Below the pieces are notes generated by a model. It was not told the DNA's origin and did no database searches. It worked only from the letters and a program-made list of their open reading frames with translations. Made by a program: the position numbers and the translations under genes. A stretch of DNA of 64,000 nucleotides, from the IMG/VR virus record IMGVR_UViG_3300027744_000008. One strand, 5' to 3'. Shown piece after piece: positions 16,101 to 26,108 of the stretch. This stretch comes from a virus (Duplodnaviria; Heunggongvirae; Uroviricota; Caudoviricetes). Every line of letters begins with the position of its first letter. Within the stretch, counting starts at the first letter, position 1.

Positions 16101-16621
16101 TCTGGGCTACCGTATTGATTAGACTGTGATACTGCGGCGTTGATGATCTTAATAAACTGATCATACCAATTTGAATTAGCAGGGTCATTCCATACTACCA
16201 GCTGTCCAGCAATGTTACGACCGTTACTGTCTATAAGTGCTTGGGTAGTTCTTACGCTTCCAAACTTTAATAGACCGTTCGAAGGTTGATTACGTTTAGC
16301 ATTGTAACTTAGTAAACGTGCAAGTCGTAATACCGATTCACGACGCTCTGCTAGCTCTAAGAAGTTTTCACGGGCATTTAAATCAACACGGAAAGCTATG
16401 CTTTGGCCCAAGAATGCAATAAGGTCAATTAGGGCAAGGTATTCTGATGATTCGATATAATCGTTATAATCTTCTGGATAATTTTGACGAATGTAGGAGA
16501 TCATTGTCCTACGTAGATTCTCAAAGTCGTAGCTTTGGAAGTCGGCATTGCGGAAAGACTGGTATACTTTCTTCCAGTCTTCTGCCACTAATAATCTATT
16601 TTGTCTATCGGTTGATGACAT
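13142..16621 (-). CDS. Baseplate wedge subunit, T4 gp6-like (extended)
   Basis: N-terminal DFQSYDFENLRRTM...NDYIESSE...AERRESVLRLARLLSYN and TQNRMITGEDY motifs of gp6/baseplate-J proteins; next to a gp25-like gene. Confidence 0.85.
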   Translation of the reverse strand: MSSTDRQNRLLVAEDWKKVYQSFRNADFQSYDFENLRRTMISYIRQNYPEDYNDYIESSEYLALIDLIAFLGQSIAFRVDLNARENFLELAERRESVLRLARLLSYNAKRNQPSNGLLKFGSVRTTQALIDSNGRNIAGQLVVWNDPANSNWYDQFIKIINAAVSQSNQYGSPEDKATIYGILSEQYRIQGINTDVPVYAFNKAIDGRTMSFELVSTAFAGQDYIYEETPRVGNHLAFLYRDDGRGAASSNSGFFLHFRQGTLNQGTFTITQPNNNESIDIDAININDSDVWLHRLDKNGLESEEWAKVPSFEGNNVIYNSLKKNIKNIYGVVSRTGDRISLVFSDGTFGNLPLGSFRTYYRTSNGLTYTINPKDMKGITVDIPYVSNVGQRETLTVTLNLQTTINNSVSTESNENIKANAPATYYTQNRMITGEDYNISPLSVNQDVVKIKSVNRSSSGISRYFDLKDPTGKYSSTNLFANDGVIYKQNYTTSINFTYSSRTDIEGFIYNKIIDTLKNKNLRNFYYEKFSILPYDNLNIVWHQITKDTNESTGYFESKDDQTKYKLGSYTTSNLKYIQVGSLIKFIAPANKYFQTDNNNDLADIPAAGIPLNGSTSIWASVVSVVGDGTAEATNGVVTSTGLGPVILNQIIPGGSAAQLSQVIPKWRATIDPTVVFTMVDLIFANKTFGLRYAADTASWEIIFETNLDSKSNFNLGNQGDDSNKNLDSSWLILFTTDTEKYTVTSRLLRYIFESKAQIRFYFDSTDKVYDSTTNLIVKDKINILNINTNPDNTTPLSLDLNWEINDDFKGLDGYKDTKKIEIVFADSNDDGIVDRPDLFLTLVAPPSVTDTILQPKYIVQEKYKIEEGQEDYRYVDNSSETVIILRSESSANAAVEAAVNGQYFYFIDTNVVKKLDRTKTPQLVVSLDYKAFVGRDNIKFQYVHSADYESRIDPGMSNIIDIFVLSKSYDVQFRQWISGSREYEPLPPSSDSLYQTLAPSLNLIKSISDEIIYHPVRYKVLFGPDSSQDLQATFKVVKNSAQVSSDNEIKANVLSAVNEFFALENWDFGDKFYFSEMSTYVMNRLAPLITNFIIVPKSNNLTFGSLFEISAESDQLFINGASVDDIEIITNITASTIKSSGSIVISPTALLQQNITSA

Positions 16622-16639
16622 AGTTGTTCCTGTTTTTAA

Positions 16640-16646
16640 TATTTAT
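16640..16646 (-). promoter_or_regulatory. Putative late promoter ATAAATA
   Basis: Match to the T4 late TATAAATA core, 18 nt upstream of the gp6-like start. Confidence 0.6.
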
Positions 16647-16668
16647 CGGATTTAAATAACTGCGTATT

Positions 16669-17115
16669 TTACTCTGCTAATAACCCGTTTCTTTGATCAA
16701 ACGATAATCTCATACTTTGACTAATATTGTAGGGCAAATAGGTCAATACACACTCTATCTGTATGCCGCTTTCATAGGCAGTTACAATAACTTGATCGGC
16801 TTTGATGCGGGGATCATAATTAATGATGTCAGTTACATTTTTTGTGATTATTTGTTTAAGTCCTTCAGTCAACGGTTCAAATAATGAATCCCATATCACT
16901 GTTCCAAATGTGGGATTCATTAATCGCTCACCCTGGCGTATATGAAAGTGATTAAGCAAATCTTGTTTGATCAGCTCGAGATCAAACAGAGAAGAATTTT
17001 CACTGGCATTACTGACTGTGCTGAATCCTTTGTAGGTCTGTGTGCCTGGAACTTCTGTGGATTGATACGGCGGGACCAACACAATTTTTTCATATAAGTT
17101 AGCATTAGTAGTCAT
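16669..17115 (-). CDS. Baseplate wedge subunit, gp25-like
   Basis: IKQDLLNHFHIRQGERLMNPTFGT...LFEPL...IINYDPRI is the gp25/GPW signature. Confidence 0.88.
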   Translation of the reverse strand: MTTNANLYEKIVLVPPYQSTEVPGTQTYKGFSTVSNASENSSLFDLELIKQDLLNHFHIRQGERLMNPTFGTVIWDSLFEPLTEGLKQIITKNVTDIINYDPRIKADQVIVTAYESGIQIECVLTYLPYNISQSMRLSFDQRNGLLAE

Positions 17116-17117
17116 AA

Positions 17118-18674
17118 TTATCTTCCTTGTCGGTTACCAAATGGGGTTGCATTTCCAGGTGGAGGGTTAGTATCTGGTGGTCTAATTTTTTCAAACGTGT
17201 CAGTTGTAGTGGAGTATTTTTTCCATGCTGTTGGAGTTTCGATAGCCGCGGCATTTTCTCTACTAGTTTTTTCTGCTGTAAATTTAACAGGATCTAGATT
17301 TTCATGATGTGGCCAAGGCTCGTGCGTTGGAATACGTTTCATTATACTAGTATAATTTTGAACATTTGTCTCGTCTGGCAGTTTAAAAGTCGTCATTACT
17401 GTTAGGGTCGCTGCGGTAGCAGCGGTTGGGCCATTCATGTGAACTTGGCTAGCAGTTTCCACATGGTTCCCACCGCTCTTAATATTAGTTGCTCCGCTGG
17501 CAGTAAATTTATTTGCTCCGGTTGTATTGAGATCAAATCCTGCTTTGCAGGTAATTTTTCCATTGGCTCCAACATAAATTTCCGTGTTGGCAGCAGACTC
17601 TGTACAAATTTTTGCACCTGATTTAATATTAATATTTCTGCTGGCTTCTAAATTGATATCTCTATCTGCTCTAAAATTAATATCTTGTTTAGTATGCACA
17701 CTAATACTATCCTCAGCATAGATGTCAATTTTTCCATTACTAGATAATTCTATCCAACTAGTCCCACGAGCGTTACCAATATAAATTAAGTCTTCACTGT
17801 TATGCATCAGTATTTGATGGCCTGTGCGAGTACGAATTCTTAATAACTCGTTGTGGGGAATGTCAGGTTGACCATTAGTTTCACCGTTGGCCACTGTAGC
17901 ATATTCAGGAGGCGCTTCACTTGCAGACTTTTTACGGAGAAATTTATCATCGCCGTCGTCCATGACAAATGTAGTTCCCCCAAGTCTACTAATAAATTTA
18001 TTAACTTGGTTATCTAATTTTCCAACCCGTCCTTTAGGAGCTCCGGATCTTTTATCAACAGGTCCAGGTGTGCTAATGCCAAACACTGAGCTAGGAGTTT
18101 CTCTACGGGCGCTGCTAGTTGTAAGGCCGCGTATGTCATCGTTGATCAACCCCTGCGTTACTAGTCTATCTGTCAGCGGATGTTGAGGTTTTTTAATTTT
18201 AGTTGAATCTAATTCAGCAGCGCCTGCTAATTTTTTATTATATTCTGCTACTGGAGACCTAGCATAGTTGCCTTCAACATTGTATTTTGTTGCAGCAACT
18301 CCGGGTACCATAAAGTTTTGATCATTATCAGCAACGCATCCTATCCAAAAACCACGTTTAGGATCACCGTCAATAAAGATCACCATGACTGTAGATCCTA
18401 CATCTGGCGGAACAAACCACATGCCATAAGATTTCTGTGTTCCGTTATAATCATTATTTTGAGTTATAAAATCAACACTGGTTTGTCCAGCGAACGGACT
18501 CATGTATTTTACTTGAACAAGATTTCCTTCGGCGCCGCCTTCGTTACCAACGGGTCTTAAAATTTCAACTTGTAGGCCACCCATATAATTTGGATCAAGA
18601 TGGCTAATCACCTTGGCAAGGAACGGTCCGGGTTGTGGTGTAGGCTGCTGTGATGATCTAATTTCTTCTGCCAT
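17118..18674 (-). CDS. Baseplate central spike, gp5/VgrG-like, no recognisable lysozyme domain
   Basis: N-terminal OB-fold motif (SYGMWFVPPDVGSTVMVIF), RTRTGHQILMHNSED, beta-helix-like repeats and a C-terminal PTHEPWPHHE. Confidence 0.75.
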   Translation of the reverse strand: MAEEIRSSQQPTPQPGPFLAKVISHLDPNYMGGLQVEILRPVGNEGGAEGNLVQVKYMSPFAGQTSVDFITQNNDYNGTQKSYGMWFVPPDVGSTVMVIFIDGDPKRGFWIGCVADNDQNFMVPGVAATKYNVEGNYARSPVAEYNKKLAGAAELDSTKIKKPQHPLTDRLVTQGLINDDIRGLTTSSARRETPSSVFGISTPGPVDKRSGAPKGRVGKLDNQVNKFISRLGGTTFVMDDGDDKFLRKKSASEAPPEYATVANGETNGQPDIPHNELLRIRTRTGHQILMHNSEDLIYIGNARGTSWIELSSNGKIDIYAEDSISVHTKQDINFRADRDINLEASRNINIKSGAKICTESAANTEIYVGANGKITCKAGFDLNTTGANKFTASGATNIKSGGNHVETASQVHMNGPTAATAATLTVMTTFKLPDETNVQNYTSIMKRIPTHEPWPHHENLDPVKFTAEKTSRENAAAIETPTAWKKYSTTTDTFEKIRPPDTNPPPGNATPFGNRQGR

Positions 18675-21133
18675 TATGCACCGCCTCTTGTTCCACGATC
18701 GCCGCCTGCAACACCTTGAGTAGCTCTATTTGTACTATTATTATTTCCAGTTATTGCACCCAATATGCTGGCATTGATTGTGTTGACTGCTTGTTGTCCT
18801 TCATTAGGCGGAACTGACGTAGAATTAGTATTCTCAGGATCAGCTTGTACTTCAACTCCCGGAAACTTAGTTGCATAATCGGACTTATTCTTTTCAGCAG
18901 CTTCTTGCATGCCTCTTCTATTAAGATGCAGAACCTGTGTGAATTGTCCACGACTAAAAGTATGCGTAACAGTCATAATTTTAAACAATCCAGAATAATT
19001 TAATAATATTTTTGAATCTCCAAAATCATACATACCAGTGCTTTGATTAATATCTATTGGGGTTCTAAAATTAACCACTATATCAACTTCTCCAGTTTGA
19101 TAACTTACCGACCCAGTGTCATTCATATTTGTTAGACCAGTAGTAGTAGGAGCAGAATAATTTCCTAATCCACTGTCACCAATATAATATGGATCTCCGA
19201 TTATTTTTAAATCAACAGTTAACATATCAGCACCTTCAGTAACTGCTTCATAAAACTGTCTTGCTACTCGAGTTTCAACTGTTTCAGCGCCGCCACCGCC
19301 ATGTCTATCCGAGCTAGTCATAGTGCCAACCGGTAATGTTTTAGTTCCAACAGATCCTATTACAGGATTTTTTTGTCCATCTAAGGGCGGAGTTTCAACA
19401 TTATTGCCATCTACATTACTATTACTGGCCTGTGATTTAACGTCTTGGGATTGACTGTTATTTCCAGCTGTAAATTTTGTATAGAAACCAGCTTTTATAT
19501 CAATACTAAAATCTATAACGTCTAAATTTTTACCAGTATAAATATAATTGTATTCTTTAATTGCTTGTTTTTTTAAATTATCAAAACCAGGTGCTGGTGT
19601 ATTTGCTGGCATGAACTTTCCGGAATGCACACGATAGGGCACAACCCTATAGACTATCAGTCTCGGCTTAGTACCAGTCTTAGCATAGTTTTGTTCGTTG
19701 GGTATTTGATAAAATTCAGTGTCAATGCGCCACCAAGGTATCATACCATTTTCATCAATCTGTTCTTTTTTCAATGCTTGTCTAGCATAATCACTTTGTA
19801 TAATAACTTGGTTAATTGCATTGACTACATCACTACTCTGTTTAAACTGTAGATTGCCCACACTAACATCAGGAGATGAAGGAATCCAAGTGTCAGTTTT
19901 TTCATCGTATGATTGTCCTTCTTTAGCATAAGGAGTATCACCTTTTTTCACTGTGCTGTATCCCATGCTTGACAAACCAATGGCGTTACAGTTAGTAGAT
20001 TCTTGCACTAAATTAGTAACTGATCCAATATTTGTTTCAACAACTCCTAACTTTTGGAACAATGTATTTTCGTTTGCGCTTGTACTAGGATTGGCTGTAG
20101 CAGTTGATGAGTTTTCTTTCTGATTCGATCCGGAATTAGAAGTTGATGATGAACTAGCAATATCTGTTGGAAACAAAATAACTATTTGATCTGCTACATT
20201 TACTGCGCCGTCTTTTACCTGCAGTCTTTGATAGTCGTTTAATACTTTTTGAAGTCCGTTTTCACCTGTTTGTAAAACTTCTTGGACTGTTTTTCCTTTA
20301 ATGCCAACATCAGATTTAAGTTTAGTATATCTATCCGAGTGTGCTCCATCGTTCCATGCTATGGCACTAATTTTATAAGTAGAACCTTTACCAGTTACAT
20401 GCATTTCAATAGTCTGTAATTTAATGGGAATATATTTTTTTAATTGAGGTAAATCTATTACTTCATTTTGTTCCGTAAATCCTTTAAATTCAATAACAAA
20501 TAAAAAGGGAGTTTCTACATATCCATTATGGCCTGCACGTTGAGAAGCAACTGCTATTGATTGCATAAACATTCCCATTGAATAAGGCTCGGTTATTTCA
20601 AAATCCATAGTAGTGGCGCTGGTATTCTGCGTGGTCTTATCCCACCCCATGATACTATTCATGGTAAAATTATCAATAAAAAAATCAAACTGACCGTATT
20701 CTGTTTGCACTCGGTTAAAGGGATCACCATTTCCACTTTTACAAATGATAGTCTTGGGACCTGTGGCTCTATAGGTAGTATCAGGAAAATTTATTTCTTC
20801 ATCACTGAGCGCTGCCAGTGTAAAAATGTAATTGTAGCTGGCAAAAATACCCAGTACATTTGGATATGGAGGATTAGTATCCAGTGATGTTGTAGCTGCT
20901 CGCATTGACGGTGCTTTTAACAAACTACTAATGTCAACATTAAAGGCGCCCAGCGGATCTTTTACTAGATTAGAAACTTGTCCTACTACTTTATTTGCTG
21001 CCACTTGCAGTTGGCCAAGTGACTGAGGTAAATTTGCAGATAATTCTTTAGCTAACCCTGTGTTACTAAGTTTGTTTATAGCTGTTGTAACTGCATTAGT
21101 AGCAGTTTCTTTTATATCAAAACCATATGCCAT
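18674..21133 (-). CDS. Putative baseplate hub/tail protein (gp27-like position)
   Basis: 819-aa ORF between gp53-like and gp5-like genes; C-terminal IIGDPYY...YSGLFKIMTVTHTFSRGQFTQVL resembles hub proteins. Confidence 0.55.
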   Translation of the reverse strand: MAYGFDIKETATNAVTTAINKLSNTGLAKELSANLPQSLGQLQVAANKVVGQVSNLVKDPLGAFNVDISSLLKAPSMRAATTSLDTNPPYPNVLGIFASYNYIFTLAALSDEEINFPDTTYRATGPKTIICKSGNGDPFNRVQTEYGQFDFFIDNFTMNSIMGWDKTTQNTSATTMDFEITEPYSMGMFMQSIAVASQRAGHNGYVETPFLFVIEFKGFTEQNEVIDLPQLKKYIPIKLQTIEMHVTGKGSTYKISAIAWNDGAHSDRYTKLKSDVGIKGKTVQEVLQTGENGLQKVLNDYQRLQVKDGAVNVADQIVILFPTDIASSSSTSNSGSNQKENSSTATANPSTSANENTLFQKLGVVETNIGSVTNLVQESTNCNAIGLSSMGYSTVKKGDTPYAKEGQSYDEKTDTWIPSSPDVSVGNLQFKQSSDVVNAINQVIIQSDYARQALKKEQIDENGMIPWWRIDTEFYQIPNEQNYAKTGTKPRLIVYRVVPYRVHSGKFMPANTPAPGFDNLKKQAIKEYNYIYTGKNLDVIDFSIDIKAGFYTKFTAGNNSQSQDVKSQASNSNVDGNNVETPPLDGQKNPVIGSVGTKTLPVGTMTSSDRHGGGGAETVETRVARQFYEAVTEGADMLTVDLKIIGDPYYIGDSGLGNYSAPTTTGLTNMNDTGSVSYQTGEVDIVVNFRTPIDINQSTGMYDFGDSKILLNYSGLFKIMTVTHTFSRGQFTQVLHLNRRGMQEAAEKNKSDYATKFPGVEVQADPENTNSTSVPPNEGQQAVNTINASILGAITGNNNSTNRATQGVAGGDRGTRGGA

Positions 21134-21136
21134 ATA

Positions 21137-21436
21137 TTATAATCCTAGAATTGTTTTCAAACTATTTCCTTTTGGAATATAAATTTGTGTACCGGGTATA
21201 AAATCAAATACAGGATCTTGTATAACATCTAAATTCCTCTGTGTAAACACCCACCATAGAGCAGCATCTCCGTACAGATCATAGGCTAATAAATCTGGAC
21301 GGTAAGTGTATTGAGCTTCGATGGTGTAGAGAAAATCATCAGGCTCTGCTGACACTGTGCGAATAGATAATACATCTAAGTAATCATCTTTAAGTGTAGT
21401 AGTATACCACGGACTTTTTGCTGTATATTTTGCCAT
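21137..21436 (-). CDS. Baseplate wedge protein, gp53/LysM-like
   Basis: YRPDLLAYDLYGDAALWWVF...N...DP...IYIP motif. Confidence 0.8.
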   Translation of the reverse strand: MAKYTAKSPWYTTTLKDDYLDVLSIRTVSAEPDDFLYTIEAQYTYRPDLLAYDLYGDAALWWVFTQRNLDVIQDPVFDFIPGTQIYIPKGNSLKTILGL

Positions 21437-22419
21437 TATACGTACCCTGCTCCTGAACTTGTCATATAATCACCATTGACAAATTTTTGTAAGCTAAATG
21501 TTCTAACACTTTCTCTACTATAAGTAGGCTGTAGTGAGATAGTAAAACTACTTTTAGTTGGTACATGGCTACCGCCGGTAGCGCCGCCACTTGACGATAA
21601 TGCCGAATTTAACAGTGATGAGCCAGCGCCGATAGCAGCACCCAAGGCCTGTGCGCCCGGTATTTGACTTACTACATTTCCTAATTGTCCTAATGCACTG
21701 CTGGCGCCACCGGTTGAAATTGTAGAGATATAATCTGAGCCTGCATCTAATGACACTGAAAAATTTGTAACTACTACAGGTACATTTTTAAAAACATATT
21801 CTCCGTAGCCATTTAAACTAAGAATAGGAGGAGGATTGCCCGCCGGACTAGAATCACCACTAAACATTTTTGTTACCGATCTTAAAAAATGCAATGCGGC
21901 AATCCAATATTGTGCTTGTACTGCATCTTCAACATTCATAGGAGCAGTGATTGTTATAGCATCAGGTGCGCTGTTTTGATATGCCTGGAATGGATAGTTA
22001 TTATGCACTGGATCTATAGAGCTGTATTTTGCACTGGATCCTATACTGATTGTAGGTGTATAAGGAAATACTAATCCACCGGCGGCCTTTAAAGGAGCAA
22101 ATATAGAACTTGAATCAAATATTGTGCCGCCGGGCACTGTTAGCCGCACACGCCAATCTGAATTAGCATCGGAGCCGCCGAACATAGCAGATGATCCGGT
22201 TAATTTTCCTATTATGTCGCCGCCAGCAGGAAGATTAACACTTCGAATCTTGCTGATTAGATTAGCAGGATTTGCTAAATTATTAAGTGCCGAACTTAAT
22301 TGCATGCCTACACTAGATGCTGAACCTAATTGTCCAAATGATGCTTGTGCATTAGACCCAACAGATTGCGCTTTACTTATTATAGTACCAATGCTTGCAC
22401 CTAAATCAAAATCTGCCAT
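21436..22419 (-). CDS. Putative tail tube initiator/baseplate-tube junction protein (gp48/gp54-like)
   Basis: LVFPYTPTI...GNPPPILSLNGYGEYVFKNVPVVVTNFSV motif of tube-like proteins; first gene of the baseplate operon. Confidence 0.55.
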   Translation of the reverse strand: MADFDLGASIGTIISKAQSVGSNAQASFGQLGSASSVGMQLSSALNNLANPANLISKIRSVNLPAGGDIIGKLTGSSAMFGGSDANSDWRVRLTVPGGTIFDSSSIFAPLKAAGGLVFPYTPTISIGSSAKYSSIDPVHNNYPFQAYQNSAPDAITITAPMNVEDAVQAQYWIAALHFLRSVTKMFSGDSSPAGNPPPILSLNGYGEYVFKNVPVVVTNFSVSLDAGSDYISTISTGGASSALGQLGNVVSQIPGAQALGAAIGAGSSLLNSALSSSGGATGGSHVPTKSSFTISLQPTYSRESVRTFSLQKFVNGDYMTSSGAGYV

Positions 22420-22438
22420 TTGAGTATCTCCTATACTC

Positions 22439-22445
22439 TATTTAT
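22439..22445 (-). promoter_or_regulatory. Putative late promoter ATAAATA for the baseplate operon
   Basis: TATTTAT on the + strand, 19 nt upstream of the 22419 start, with GGAG between them on the minus strand. Confidence 0.65.
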
Positions 22446-22474
22446 TTGACAAAATTATCTGAGTAGTTTATAAT
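22446..22474 (+). promoter_or_regulatory. Consensus sigma70 (early-type) promoter TTGACA-N17-TATAAT
   Basis: TTGACA 22446-22451, 17-nt spacer, TATAAT 22469-22474, then GAGG and the ATG at 22496. Confidence 0.9.
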
Positions 22475-22495
22475 ACTACATGAGGATCGCATAGA

Positions 22496-23320
22496 ATGAC
22501 TAAAGTCAATTACCTAAATAATAAAGATATATTAGAAGAAATACACCGCTCAAAAAATACATTTTCGAGCTATACAAAGCCAGAATACAGTCGATACGAC
22601 CTTATACTGCCCAGCGTGGACAAGATTAACATACGTACAATCGCTGAAGCAAAGCGGGCTAAAGCCAAGAGACTCGGGCATCAAGAATACGATCGAAGAA
22701 AGACCGCTGGCGAAAAAGTCAAACAAGCAGATTGCGAGGTTGACTATAAGAAAATTGCCAAAACAGATGTGGTATTTCGTATTATGACCTTTGAGCATAT
22801 ACCGTTAAACACTGTTAGAAAACGTAATCCAAAGACCATAGCTGATGGACGGGATAAAGTAAACTTCCCTCCGTACCAACATTGGAAATACAACGAAACC
22901 GATGAACTAGAGTGTGTGGGTAAAAGTCATTGGAAGGGCGACATGGACACTGGTGCCTTTAATAAAGATCACGGACAGATAACAAACACCTTAGCACGTA
23001 TGTTTATCAAGCTCTGCGAACGATATGCTACACGTGGAAATGTTAGAGGATACACATATAATGACGAAATGCGGGGACAAGCCATTCTACAGCTAACGCA
23101 GATTGGTCTACAATTTGATGAATCGAAGTCAGATAACCCGTTTGCCTATTATACTGCCGCAGTTACCAACAGTTTTGTAAGAATTATTAACATAGAAAAA
23201 CGTAATCAAGGCATTAGAGACGACATATTAGAAATTAATGGTATGAATCCTAGTTACTCTAGAACCAACAGTGGAGAGTACGAGGCTGGATTGAATAGAT
23301 TTAACGAAGGTACTGAATGA
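22496..23320 (+). CDS. Late-transcription sigma factor, gp55-like
   Basis: N-terminal YLNNKDILEEI and RGYTYNDEM...FDESKSDNPFAYYT...NSFVRIINIEKRNQ motifs; upstream of gp47/gp46 as in T4-like phages. Confidence 0.8.
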   Translation: MTKVNYLNNKDILEEIHRSKNTFSSYTKPEYSRYDLILPSVDKINIRTIAEAKRAKAKRLGHQEYDRRKTAGEKVKQADCEVDYKKIAKTDVVFRIMTFEHIPLNTVRKRNPKTIADGRDKVNFPPYQHWKYNETDELECVGKSHWKGDMDTGAFNKDHGQITNTLARMFIKLCERYATRGNVRGYTYNDEMRGQAILQLTQIGLQFDESKSDNPFAYYTAAVTNSFVRIINIEKRNQGIRDDILEINGMNPSYSRTNSGEYEAGLNRFNEGTE

Positions 23321-24327
23321 GTTTATTCAAAAAAATTGCCTGTTTCACAGACATACACTTTGGTCTTAAGAGTAATAGTCATACACATAATCAAGATTGT
23401 TTAGATTTTGTAGACTGGTATATCGCCAAGGCTAAAGAACAAGGATGTGATACTGGAATCTTTATGGGAGACTGGCATCATAATCGTAATAGTCTTAATA
23501 TTACTACCATGGACTATAGTCTTAGAGCTTTAGAAAGGCTGGGTCAAGCGTTTGATCAGTTTTATTTCTTTCCAGGTAATCATGATTTGTATTATAAAGA
23601 CAAACGAGACATTCATTCTGTAGAATTTGGCAAGTATATTCCAGGCGTTACTGTTGTTCATGAACCTACAACCGTAGGTGATGTACTACTTTGTCCGTGG
23701 TTAGTAGGTGATGAGTGGCGTAAAGTAGAAAAGTCAAAGGCAAGATATTGCTTTGGGCACTTTGAATTGCCATTGTTCTACATGAATGCCATGGTACAGA
23801 TGCCGGATCACGGTGAGATACAGCTCAAACATTTTAAAAACTTTGAACTAGGCTTTAGTGGACACTTCCACAAACGCCAGCAAAGAGAAAATGTTGTCTA
23901 TATCGGTAATGCTTTCCCCCACAACTATGCAGATGCATGGGACGACGAGCGAGGCATGATGGTGTTAGAATGGGGCGGACAGCCTGAATACTTCACTTGG
24001 GATGATCAACCTAAGTTTAGAACTATTAAACTTAGCGAACTGATCGATGGTGCTGATACCATAATTAAATCTAAAATGCACTTCCGTGTAACATTGGATA
24101 TTGATATTAGCTATGAAGAGGCGAGTTTTATCAAAGAAACTTTCATGAAAGACTACGATATTCGTGAGCTAACCCTAGTTCCCGAGAAGAAAGATGTTGA
24201 AGTTCACACTAACATTGACATACAAGCCTTTGAAAGTGTCGACGAGATTGTCAGTAAACAGATTATTAACATACAAAGTGAACAATTTAAAGCCAATACA
24301 CTGTTGGCAATATACAATAGCCTATGA
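23317..24327 (+). CDS. Recombination endonuclease subunit gp47 (Mre11/SbcD-like)
   Basis: Metallophosphoesterase motifs DIHFG, GD, GNHD, GHFE and SGHFH. Confidence 0.92.
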   Translation: MSLFKKIACFTDIHFGLKSNSHTHNQDCLDFVDWYIAKAKEQGCDTGIFMGDWHHNRNSLNITTMDYSLRALERLGQAFDQFYFFPGNHDLYYKDKRDIHSVEFGKYIPGVTVVHEPTTVGDVLLCPWLVGDEWRKVEKSKARYCFGHFELPLFYMNAMVQMPDHGEIQLKHFKNFELGFSGHFHKRQQRENVVYIGNAFPHNYADAWDDERGMMVLEWGGQPEYFTWDDQPKFRTIKLSELIDGADTIIKSKMHFRVTLDIDISYEEASFIKETFMKDYDIRELTLVPEKKDVEVHTNIDIQAFESVDEIVSKQIINIQSEQFKANTLLAIYNSL

Positions 24328-26108
24328 TTCGCATTAAGGATTTAACAGTTAAAAATTTTATGAGTGTTGGTAACCAGACTCAAGCAGTGAACTTTTGTCG
24401 AGAACAACTAACTCTTGTCTTAGGTGAGAACTTAGATCAAGGAGGAGACGACAGCGGAAGCCGTAACGGCACTGGTAAAACTACAATTATCAACGCATTG
24501 AGCTTTGCACTCTTTGGTCAAGCACTGACTAACATTAAAAAAGACAATTTGATCAACAAGATCAATGTTAAAAACATGTTGGTCACGCTGACATTTGAAA
24601 AAGACGGGCAAGAATATCGCGTTGAACGTGGTCGTAGACCTAATATTTTAAGATTCTTTGTTAACGATCAAGAGCAGGCCAACGAAGAAACAGACGATGC
24701 ACAAGGCGACATGCGTGAAACGCAGAAAGACTTGGATGATATTCTAGGCATGAGCCACGATATGTTTAAACATATTGTTGCGCTTAATACCTATACTGAG
24801 CCGTTTTTATCCATGAAGGCAGGCGAGCAACGTGAAATTATTGAGCAGTTGCTGGGCATTACCTTGCTGTCTGAGAAGGCAGAATCTCTTAAAGAGCTTG
24901 TTAAGACTACTAAAGATGATATTATACAAGAAACTGCACAGATAGAAGCTACAAAAAAAGCAAATGCAAAAATCGAAGAGGGTATAGCAGGTTTAAAACG
25001 TAGACAAGACTTATGGTTAAGGAAACGACAGGAAGACATTGAATCGTTGGCGCTGCAATGGTCTGAATTAAATCAATTAGATATAATAACAGAACTACAG
25101 TCACACAAAGACCTAACTGCGTATAATCAAAAGCGTAAAACAATTGACGAACTTAATAAACTTATTGCTCGGTGCGTTGCCGACGAAGCAAAAGAAACTA
25201 AACAATGTGAAAAACTTAAAAAAGAAATTGTAGATTTAGAAGATCATAAGTGTTATGCTTGTGGACAAGACATGCACGACGAGAAACATGAACAAGTTCT
25301 AGCAGACAAACAAAAGGCATTGCAAGAAGCGGCACTACAGGCACTGTCTACTAACACTCAGTACATAGAAAATACCGATGCGCTTACTGTGTTAGGGGAA
25401 CTTGGTCTTCAACCTACAGTGTTTTATAGTCGAGAAGAAGATGCTATCAATCATAGAAATACAATTCAAAATCTTGAACAGCAGATAACTGCCAGAGAAT
25501 CTGACGAGGATCCCTATCAAGAACAAATTGACGAGCTAAGTGAGACTGCCCTACAAGAAATTCTTTGGGATAAAGTAAATGACTTGAATAATCTTAAAGA
25601 GCATCAAGAATTTCTACTAAAGTTGCTGACCAGTAAAGATAGTTTTATTCGTAAAAAGATTATTGATCAAAACTTAGCCTACTTAAACAATAGACTAACA
25701 TTCTATCTTGACAAGATGGGCTTGCCACATAGTGTAACGTTCTTAAATGATCTCACTGTGGAAATTACGCAGCTTGGACAAGATTTAGACTTTGATAACT
25801 TGTCCAGAGGTGAACGCAACAGACTTATCCTAGGATTAAGCTGGAGTTTCCGTGATGTATGGGAAAGTTTGTATCAGAATATTAACCTGCTGTTCATTGA
25901 CGAGCTCATAGACAACGGGTTAGATGCCAGCGGTGTTGAAAGTGCGCTGGCAGTATTAAAGAAAATGGCACGTGAACGCAACAAAAACATATATTTGATC
26001 AGTCACAAAGATGAATTAATTGGTAGAGTAAACAACGTTCTTAAAGTGATTAAAGAAAACGGCTTTACCAGCTACGAGCATGATCTTGAAGTAACAGATG
26101 AGCAGTAA
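24324..26108 (+). CDS. Recombination ATPase subunit gp46 (Rad50/SbcC-like)
   Basis: KNFMSVG, Walker A NGTGKT, zinc hook CYAC, signature LSRGE, Walker B LFIDE, H-loop ISH. Confidence 0.93.
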   Translation: MIRIKDLTVKNFMSVGNQTQAVNFCREQLTLVLGENLDQGGDDSGSRNGTGKTTIINALSFALFGQALTNIKKDNLINKINVKNMLVTLTFEKDGQEYRVERGRRPNILRFFVNDQEQANEETDDAQGDMRETQKDLDDILGMSHDMFKHIVALNTYTEPFLSMKAGEQREIIEQLLGITLLSEKAESLKELVKTTKDDIIQETAQIEATKKANAKIEEGIAGLKRRQDLWLRKRQEDIESLALQWSELNQLDIITELQSHKDLTAYNQKRKTIDELNKLIARCVADEAKETKQCEKLKKEIVDLEDHKCYACGQDMHDEKHEQVLADKQKALQEAALQALSTNTQYIENTDALTVLGELGLQPTVFYSREEDAINHRNTIQNLEQQITARESDEDPYQEQIDELSETALQEILWDKVNDLNNLKEHQEFLLKLLTSKDSFIRKKIIDQNLAYLNNRLTFYLDKMGLPHSVTFLNDLTVEITQLGQDLDFDNLSRGERNRLILGLSWSFRDVWESLYQNINLLFIDELIDNGLDASGVESALAVLKKMARERNKNIYLISHKDELIGRVNNVLKVIKENGFTSYEHDLEVTDEQ

